64,000 nucleotides of DNA. Source: a virus. Taxonomy: Duplodnaviria; Caudoviricetes. The DNA lies in IMG/VR virus record IMGVR_UViG_3300021295_000001. One strand, written 5' to 3'. This document shows positions 52,001-58,820 of this stretch, one piece after another. Position 1 is the stretch's first letter. Every line of letters starts with the position of its first letter. A model generated the notes under the pieces. It did no database searches. It was not told the DNA's origin and was given only the letters and a program-made list of their open reading frames with translations. A program made the position numbers and the translations under genes.

Positions 52001-54414
52001 TTAGGGTTCCGTTCATCCCTAACGCCCCAGCCGTCGACGAATTGTTGGCCATGTACGGCAAAGACAACGCTTTCTACGGTTCCGTGCAGGACGTGAGGCT
52101 GGAACTGAAATTGGCCCTTGCGGAAGGCAATTACAGCCCAAGCACCCTAAAATGGATTGTCGACGATTATCAATTGAATTACGGAGGAGAGGAAGAGTTC
52201 CTCATCGCCACCGACAAATACCAATTGGTAAACGAATTGGATTGGCTTATACCCGATGAGTATTTGGAGTGGGAGCGTTCCTATGAAGAGGCTGAGGCTT
52301 CCCACAAAGACGACGGCGATGACTCAAATTCCTACTCGGCGTACTGGGACGGCGATTTCTGTCAGATAAGCAACTGGGACGAAATCCCTGGTTGGAGAAA
52401 CGGAAAGGAATACGTAACGGACCCCGCGCATTGGAAGGACGGCATGTACCTATTGTCCCCAACTGGGTACGATGGATTGGAACTTACGATTGAGCCCACG
52501 GACGTCAAGGACGCGGTCATGGTGATATCGTCGTATTACGGACCTGATTTTTTGGCCGACGTTTCACTTGACCTGATGGATGCCGTGAGAAGCGGGGAGT
52601 ATGACGCCAAAAAAGTTGCCGAGGACCTAGGAATGTCCAAGGAAGCGACGGATGCGCTCATAAAATACTCAAAAGAAAAGCACGAGGGTTTGGAACTCAC
52701 CGAAGCAAAGGCGGACCAAGACGCCTTCGTCGACAAATTCGGTCAGGACCTTTTCGACCTGTTCCAGAAATCCAAGGACAGGCTAAAGAACGCCAAGGTC
52801 TCAACCGACATGACTTGGCACGTTAAGAACACGGACCCCAAGGACATGAGGCAGATGCTATACAACCTACGCTCCAAGTCTGTGAAGACTGACGGGGAAG
52901 GCAAGGCGGACCTCACCAAGATACCAGGGAAATACAAATACCTTGGCTCAAAGGGCGGTTATGACGTATACGAGCCTTTGGACGTGGATGCATCCATGGC
53001 GCTCGGCGTGGGCTCTGGTTGGTGCACCACTGGAAGGTACGGGCACGCTGGGGACCTCAATTTCAAACCGTCGCGCGAAGACGCCGAGGAGCATTGGGAC
53101 GAGTATGAGGAAAAGGGGATAAGTTTATTCTACTTCCTGCGAGACGGCGTGGCGAAATACGCGATTGCACTTCACCCAATTACGTATGAAATAAACCAAT
53201 GGATAGGGAAAGATTATCTTCGCAAAACCAACGTCGAGGTATTCAATCAGAATGACGAACAAGATTATGATGCCCTGAAATACCTGCCTTTGGACATCCT
53301 CGACGACGACATCGTTTTCGATGTGGACGAGCACGAGGATGGCTTGGCTTTGTCCGAGGATGGAAGGACCGTGCTACAGGCTAACGAAAACGTCGTCTCC
53401 GTGACCATCCCCGAGGGCGTCACCTCCATCGACGACTATGCCTTCTCTCATTGCTCCTATCTGACATCGGTAGTCATCCCTTCTTCCGTCGCATCTATTG
53501 GTGAGTCGGCATTCCTAGGTTGCTCATCCCTCGCCTCGATTGTCATTCCCTCATCCGTCACTTCCATCGGCGAAGAAGCCTTCGCGGACTGTTCATCTCT
53601 CATCTTGATTACCATCCCCTCATCGGTAACCTCCATCGGGGATTACGCCTTCGAAGGATGCCTCTCCCTTAAATCTGTGACCATCGGAAACAGGTCTTGC
53701 GAAATAGGGGAAAGTGCATTCCCCCAAAAAACGAAGATAATATACGCTGAAACAGAGTCGCTAAAGGAATCTCACGAAACGGTGTGCTACGTCCTTCCCG
53801 ACGGAAGCACCATGCACGGAACCGACCATTTCCTAATGGATTTGGAAATCGGCGACGTGGACGACGAAATGCAAAGCGAGACCGCCAAGTCGTTCGTGAG
53901 GGTGAGGCTCAATTCGTACATCAACTCCCTCACGTTCCCATCGCATGGAATCACCGACGCGCAGGAGGCCAAGGTGAGGGAACTCCTCAATGGGGCGGAC
54001 TTGGAAGGTAAGACAATAGAGGCAAACACATACGATGGCAAATGGTATCCGAGGATGAAGGCCACTGACGAAGTGGCCGACCAAGTCCTGAACTCATACA
54101 AGAGGCATCTGCTAGGCATAAGCGAATCCAGTCGGTCGGTTGACACAGCCAACCAAGGTGGTATAATAGTGTTACGCGAGGGAAACCACATGCAACACAC
54201 CAAAAGGGAATTACGCAAGATGATAGACTGCCTCAATGAGGCGGAACTCAACGAGAGGATTGACGAACTCAAGGCCAAGGTCCTGAGGATGGTCGAATCC
54301 GACAATTCGGACTATTCCGACGACGCGTTCATGCTCAATTACGCTAGGATGGTCCGCGCCAGGGACTACAGGCCCGAAACGCTAAAGGACGGGAGTTGGA
54401 TGTATGGAGAATGA
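49087..54414 (+). CDS. Giant modular protein (1775 aa): three PDG...H modules, three YG..T.WCI-type modules, BspA-type leucine-rich repeats
   Basis: Internal repeats visible by eye; IPSSVTSIG..AF..C.SL LRRs at about 53400-53720; late motif at 49071. Confidence 0.75.
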   Translation: MVDEKDFLAFTEDDVVDYAEVYDLDEGFGKGPSILMPDGTVYDLSRAFETHFGFFEVVFQGLHDSILDEYPGDTDVEYEGYLSYDQEKIMYRAEAELGIITLNVGLTYKEPRAKVVILSKPTEAQYGALTDFLDYVQQKGKKSVLFFMGDKIDYVEYQFGEDQGTDEIIDKVRRYFATGKIVEAQSADGMAYDDVIKAIEGSGLFPITADADETGFILPDGRFLNTADNEYGMPWHMAVEDFLGDKGLANEKARERSSENDSGDGSPTIEAFGAIRVSDGEEYICLPPVRPTEQAFSALEGWLAKMHDEHSLQRVYACNYEGNQDAFYDIVPGEEKEIVGKLRRYYSSNRLIESPKTLNLTEYFEEEDGPCFVTNEAKELADYLKRKINEGHGSYRIVHFYDQDVYAVASSYSMVHYWLDYNTRKQMYVDGNEFGARLMAYPIGASDDDNVDYYDCENKVYEFGDCGIKVAVIGDFPEDFEKTTLCKALGPITRKYEFEKDDSDKYESMRLPHATDLGKPKESHDKQNELTEAKDDELKFKDWLDSAYEAVGYQWSDPMLDISYEMRSADSCFDEFQDYRRRNKGRQTDYYYWMGQEPSMFFSFLARSIRKKSSKANVKKEAEAGAESVYDGKFWRVYKINTYEASCHYGKGTTWCISEYDDDYWDEYAEKGITFYFLLPKDGKKYMKYAIGIDRNGHVQMIFDQEDCNVEGVPNVPDIPELREVRDAMGLDFHVYFNMDEEFSTYDNFRDAWYAGVNWPEMLWFLSEDEEEIKRIMHDDLRMDDVEVVESLTEAKADVDKFKAWLADGIRGSNFSEPNADEVAKGYADFFVANKNRLKSPQNDFYYWMKKPFGEFVSFISDLKRKDDEKSLSKSKEDEGSKLVYEDEDWFVYEITNYEASKKYGANTKWCISGSKRWNNGENGRKFFDEYASKGIRFFFFIDRKGGRKYAFTAYPEALGDDAYEIYNDMDVRVPFIPNAPAVDELLAMYGKDNAFYGSVQDVRLELKLALAEGNYSPSTLKWIVDDYQLNYGGEEEFLIATDKYQLVNELDWLIPDEYLEWERSYEEAEASHKDDGDDSNSYSAYWDGDFCQISNWDEIPGWRNGKEYVTDPAHWKDGMYLLSPTGYDGLELTIEPTDVKDAVMVISSYYGPDFLADVSLDLMDAVRSGEYDAKKVAEDLGMSKEATDALIKYSKEKHEGLELTEAKADQDAFVDKFGQDLFDLFQKSKDRLKNAKVSTDMTWHVKNTDPKDMRQMLYNLRSKSVKTDGEGKADLTKIPGKYKYLGSKGGYDVYEPLDVDASMALGVGSGWCTTGRYGHAGDLNFKPSREDAEEHWDEYEEKGISLFYFLRDGVAKYAIALHPITYEINQWIGKDYLRKTNVEVFNQNDEQDYDALKYLPLDILDDDIVFDVDEHEDGLALSEDGRTVLQANENVVSVTIPEGVTSIDDYAFSHCSYLTSVVIPSSVASIGESAFLGCSSLASIVIPSSVTSIGEEAFADCSSLILITIPSSVTSIGDYAFEGCLSLKSVTIGNRSCEIGESAFPQKTKIIYAETESLKESHETVCYVLPDGSTMHGTDHFLMDLEIGDVDDEMQSETAKSFVRVRLNSYINSLTFPSHGITDAQEAKVRELLNGADLEGKTIEANTYDGKWYPRMKATDEVADQVLNSYKRHLLGISESSRSVDTANQGGIIVLREGNHMQHTKRELRKMIDCLNEAELNERIDELKAKVLRMVESDNSDYSDDAFMLNYARMVRARDYRPETLKDGSWMYGE
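54140..54167 (+). promoter_or_regulatory. Intragenic consensus sigma70 promoter
   Basis: TTGACA-16-TATAAT with extended TG, then GAGGG RBS and in-frame ATG 54190. Confidence 0.8.
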
Positions 54415-56407
54415 GATGAATAACCCCTTCCCGAAGGAATGGCAATTGTGGAAGATAGTCGTGCCCAACGAGCATAAGGACGACCCAGAGGACCCGAAGC
54501 GCAGGCCAGTCATACTGACCGAGACGTGGGTCGACGAAGGGGAGGACGACGAGAACCTCGACGAATACTACCCCAGTTTCGCCGTCGGGACCACGCAGGT
54601 CGAGCGCTACCAATACGAGCCAGACACGTTCGTTTTCGACGCCCCCGAGCAGTTGGAGGCGTACAAACTTTCCAAACCCACCATATTCAGATTCGGGAAG
54701 TCCGAGGGAAAATTCACCGAGGACCTCACTCTCAAGGATTTCATCGAGAAGGGTGAATACGTCGCCGACATCACGCCAGAGGACAAGGCCCGCATAAAGA
54801 GGTCCCTTAACAACAAGGTGGGACGCTCCACCCTTTTGCACGACGGGCTCCTGAAGGAATCCGCCGTCACCGACGATTCCATCGACTACCTTAGGGATTG
54901 GTTGCAATTGGGCAAGGAACCCCACATGAAGGGATTCGACGCCGACGCCAAGAAGGCGTTCATCGTGTTCCCGACAGGGGTGGACGTCGAGGACCTAAAG
55001 TCCAAAAGCGGAATCGGAACTTGGCTCGACGAGCACGGTTTCGATTGGAAGGCCGAGAAGACCGACTACACCTACAAAACGGTCGGGTCCTTCAACACGA
55101 GGACCATGAGCAAATCTGGCGCTGGTCGCGACAGGACGCTCAAGGACAGGGTCAGGCTCGACGTATCTTGGGGCGACGACGGCCTCAACGAGGACATCGA
55201 GGTCCACGACGAACTCAATCCGAAACTCTTCGACGGGGACGAACTCAAACCAGAGGTCAAGGAAGCCGTCAGGAACATCGCCGACGCGTTCATGGAAGGG
55301 TTGGCCGAGGATGGCATAAAGTTCAACCTCAAGGACATCGTCCTCATCGGCTCCAACGTGAACTACAACTACAACAAGGACAGCGATTTGGACATCCACC
55401 TAATCGCCGATTCGTCTGGATTGGAATGCCCAGACGAACTGTACCCGCTCCTATATTCCGCCTACCGTAGCATCTTCAACAAGAACTACGAGATAACCAT
55501 CAAGGGAATCCCCGCCGAGATTTACGTGGAGATGGACGAACCGCAGGGAAGGTCCAACGGCGTATACTCAATCAACGACGGTTGGGTCAAGAAGCCCGAG
55601 CGCAGGGAAATCCCCGAAATAGACATGGAGGCATTCGAAAAACTCTTCTCCGAGTGGGAGGACAGGTACTTCGAGGTCAAGAAGGAGGCCGAGGAGGAAC
55701 TCGCTTCGCGCGAGCATCCGCTCGACGAGTCCTTGATAACCGAGGGAACAACGTCGGCCGACGTCTACGACTTCGTGGAGGACGTATACGACCTGCGTAA
55801 GGAATCCATCGCCAAGGACGGCGAGTTCGGATTGGGCAACCTCGTTTTCAAGCAGATGCGCGCCCTCGGTTACCTCGACGAACTGAAGGAACTTATAAGG
55901 CAACTTAAGTCGAAGGAACTGTCGCTAGAGAACCTAAGCGAATCGGCCGAGGGGAAATCCGAAGTCGAGGAACTGTTCTGGAACATCAGGGACGAGGACG
56001 ACAAGGTAGCGGTCGCAATCCTCGACAAGCACAACGGGAAGAACATAATGTACGACGCGAAGAAGGACAAGATAGTGCCCGTTCCCAAATCCAAAACCAA
56101 GAACCGCTTCGCCGTCACAAGGGAGCAACTGAGGGACGGCGTGTTGGCCTCAGAGGAGGAGATGCGCTCGTTCATGAAGGAAGTCGGAGGCGACGAAATC
56201 GTGTTCTACGCCGACAGGGACAACCTTTGGGGCGGTGAGTACAGCGTCATAACCAAAGACGAGGAAAAGGCCCGCAAAGCCTGCGCGAAATACAATCAGG
56301 ACGGATACGCCGTCTTCAATTCGAAGGGCGATTACGAGATGTCCCGCGACAGAAACGGCGAGAGAATCAGGGAGAAACCAGTTGACAAAGCCTCCGAACC
56401 CGAGTAA
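54404..56407 (+). CDS. Modular protein: PemK/MazF-like N-terminal domain plus Pol-beta-type nucleotidyltransferase
   Basis: K.RPVIL...GTT...L.KPT..R; IGSNVNYN...SDLDIH (GS...DxD) and EIYVE. Confidence 0.65.
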   Translation: MENEMNNPFPKEWQLWKIVVPNEHKDDPEDPKRRPVILTETWVDEGEDDENLDEYYPSFAVGTTQVERYQYEPDTFVFDAPEQLEAYKLSKPTIFRFGKSEGKFTEDLTLKDFIEKGEYVADITPEDKARIKRSLNNKVGRSTLLHDGLLKESAVTDDSIDYLRDWLQLGKEPHMKGFDADAKKAFIVFPTGVDVEDLKSKSGIGTWLDEHGFDWKAEKTDYTYKTVGSFNTRTMSKSGAGRDRTLKDRVRLDVSWGDDGLNEDIEVHDELNPKLFDGDELKPEVKEAVRNIADAFMEGLAEDGIKFNLKDIVLIGSNVNYNYNKDSDLDIHLIADSSGLECPDELYPLLYSAYRSIFNKNYEITIKGIPAEIYVEMDEPQGRSNGVYSINDGWVKKPERREIPEIDMEAFEKLFSEWEDRYFEVKKEAEEELASREHPLDESLITEGTTSADVYDFVEDVYDLRKESIAKDGEFGLGNLVFKQMRALGYLDELKELIRQLKSKELSLENLSESAEGKSEVEELFWNIRDEDDKVAVAILDKHNGKNIMYDAKKDKIVPVPKSKTKNRFAVTREQLRDGVLASEEEMRSFMKEVGGDEIVFYADRDNLWGGEYSVITKDEEKARKACAKYNQDGYAVFNSKGDYEMSRDRNGERIREKPVDKASEPE

Positions 56408-56433
56408 TATATAAGGGCATGGAGGAAAAACCA

Positions 56434-56748
56434 ATGGCAAAAGAAGAATTCGACGCAATCAACAACTCGCAATACAAGGAAGCAATCGCCAAGTACTTCG
56501 ATTACTCGTTCGACTTCGCCTTCCTGGACATCGTCGCCAGAATCATCGACAGGGTCGAGGACTTCTCAGACACCGAGGAAATCTACGAGGCGATGGACTC
56601 CGCGCTAATCTACACCGAGGACCAGTGGAGGGTCATGATGCATTATCAAACCCCGAGCGAGGCCGACTTCGGGACCGCCTGCGAATACCTTCTGTCTGAC
56701 GTGGAGGCCATCTGCGAGCACATCGCGGAAGCCTCCGACGAGGCCTGA
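56434..56748 (+). CDS. Small acidic early protein
   Basis: TTGACA-17-TAATAT (56382-56410); GGAGG RBS. Confidence 0.7.
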   Translation: MAKEEFDAINNSQYKEAIAKYFDYSFDFAFLDIVARIIDRVEDFSDTEEIYEAMDSALIYTEDQWRVMMHYQTPSEADFGTACEYLLSDVEAICEHIAEASDEA

Positions 56749-56794
56749 TTCACGAAACCGCAAAAACGCGCGAATCGTAATGCTAAATTATAAG

Positions 56795-58000
56795 CCCCGC
56801 CCAAAAGGCGTGAAAACGGCGCCCCGCACCCAGTGTTCGGGAACGCAGTATAATAAGGGTGTCCGACGCGGATTCGTCCGCCTCGGGTCCGATTCGGATT
56901 CGTCCGATTCGGGACTGACGATGACCCAACGTCGTTAACCAGGGTCGTGACGGCGGAACCCCATCAACGGGGTCCGCACGTCGAACTGAGCGGTGCATCG
57001 CTCGAAGCGGGTCGGCCCGCGAACAAACTTGCACACCCCATCGGGAGGGTCGACTCCTTCCGTATGAACGCGGGGATATGACGGGACCCCGTAGGCGCGG
57101 TCAAAACCGCGGTTCCCAGACGGCTTCGTCTGGGAGGGGAAGGAAAACCCCGAAAACCAAAGCGCCGAGCGATAACCACGTTAGAGCCGTGGGCTCTCCG
57201 CATCCAGATACGGTACGGGGAGCGCTGGTTGTAGCGCGTCTCGGCACTCACGACCGCCACGTCGTTAAACTGCCAACGGTGGCTTCGGGTTCGATTCCCG
57301 AACCGTCCTGATAGACAATATCTGGGCGGTGAAGTATGGGCAGGTTGCCACAGTCCACCGTTAAACGTCTTGGAGGCGAGACGTTAAATCCCTTCCCGAG
57401 CAGCAAGGCACTCGTTAAAAGAGTCTTTCAGTACAGCGTGGGCAGGAGTTAGTCCCGTTCCTTATAACCGTGGAACGCACGAAAGAGGTCGCCAACATCG
57501 GCGACCGCAAGTAATGGTCGGCAATGATTCGCCGATGGGCAAAACACCCTTAATGTGCCCTCACCCTTTAACGGAACATGGATAGGCTCGGGAGGACCCG
57601 CGCGGGGCCATTGAAGGACCTTCTGGTTGAAAGGCGGACGGACCGCGCAATTAAGGTGGGTTTTCGGGAGAATAGGAACCAGCGAGAACATCCCGACGTC
57701 CTAATGTGTCAGACCAACGCGGTGCACCGCTAACCTGACCGCATTGGGACGTTAAACATCCTAACGCGACGCCCAGCAATGGGCTATGCCAAGGGACCGC
57801 ATCGCGGTGGGTATGGCCACGACGCACCGACGGACCCCGTATTCGGGGACCGACTCGGCAGTCATAATGTGTGGCCCTTGGCCCACCCAATGGCGCACGC
57901 GGTTCGGCGAGTCGCGATTCTGGGAAACGTGCGCCACAACGGTTGCTCCCCCGTGGCAGTCAACCGACAGACGGGTCCACAAAAACCCTTCGAAGGTAAG
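56795..58000 (+). ncRNA. Candidate large structured non-coding RNA (about 1.2 kb)
   Basis: No credible ORF; dense hairpins, tandem pseudoknots and a T-arm; flanked by late motif 56781 and terminator 57998-58024. Confidence 0.65.
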
Positions 58001-58024
58001 CGCCCAAAAGGCGCTTTTCCTTTT
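57998..58024 (+). terminator. Rho-independent terminator
   Basis: AAGCGCC-caaaa-GGCGCTT TTCCTTTT. Confidence 0.8.
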
Positions 58025-58070
58025 GTTTGGTGCTAAATTCACTGATATTGCCCTAGGGTTATTGTTCAGC

Positions 58071-58781
58071 ATGGATTTGAAGGATTACATCTCAAACATA
58101 AAACTCGAATTGACTGGCGGTTTGCTTGAGTTGGAGATTGACGACGAAGTGATAGCGAAGGTCGTCAACCAATCGCTCAGGGAGGTCCAAAGGTACATAG
58201 ACGAATCCAGGTTCATAGAGGTACCTTTCGCCAGTTGCATCGACATCGCTGGGTTCAAATGCTCGGCGATAAAGAAGGTGTACAGGGTAAGCCCCATAGG
58301 GGGCGCGGTGTCTGGCTCGTCCAGCGCCATAGACCCGATGTACGCGCAGACGTGGGCCCTGTACGGGATAAACAACGCGACGTACAACATAACGCAATTC
58401 GCCTACAACTACGCGTCGTACAACACCGTCCTCCAAATAAGGAACTCCCTGTCGACAGACCTGGCGTTCAGGATGGACAAGCAGGGTGAGAAACTGTACG
58501 TCAACGTATCTGGCAACTACCCCGAGAGAATCGTGATTGAGTACATCCCCATATTCGAGGACGTTTCCGAGGTCAAGGACGCCTATTGGATTGACATACT
58601 CCAGAGGCTGTCCCTCGCCATGACGAAGAGGATTCTGGGCAGGGTCAGGACCAGGTTCACCCAATCCAACGCCCTTTGGCAACAGGACGGCGAGACCATG
58701 CTCGAGGAGGGCAACAGGGAACTGTCCGAGATAAGGGAGATACTGAGGACCAATTCCTCGTTGTTCTACCCGATAGATTGA
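58071..58781 (+). CDS. Neck / head-completion protein (T4 gp13-like)
   Basis: IKLEL.G....LE.DD, W.....LA..K..LG..R..F, DG..M..EG..EL; late motif at 58031. Confidence 0.75.
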   Translation: MDLKDYISNIKLELTGGLLELEIDDEVIAKVVNQSLREVQRYIDESRFIEVPFASCIDIAGFKCSAIKKVYRVSPIGGAVSGSSSAIDPMYAQTWALYGINNATYNITQFAYNYASYNTVLQIRNSLSTDLAFRMDKQGEKLYVNVSGNYPERIVIEYIPIFEDVSEVKDAYWIDILQRLSLAMTKRILGRVRTRFTQSNALWQQDGETMLEEGNRELSEIREILRTNSSLFYPID

Positions 58782-58820
58782 CGCGATATAATAATAAATA
58801 ATAATAAAAGGAGTCGCAAA

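Noticed and set aside
56915-56960. Hammerhead ribozyme core CTGACGA
   Set aside because: The required GAAA after stem II is absent.
57210-57310. tRNA or tmRNA gene suggested by the GGTTCGATTCCC T-loop
   Set aside because: No clean 7-bp acceptor stem, anticodon arm or CCA; no G3.U70 tmRNA ends or convincing tag peptide. Kept only as part of the larger RNA candidate.
57786-58070. N-terminal extension of the 331-aa ORF in the track
   Set aside because: It crosses the structured RNA, a terminator and a late motif; the neck protein plausibly starts at 58071.
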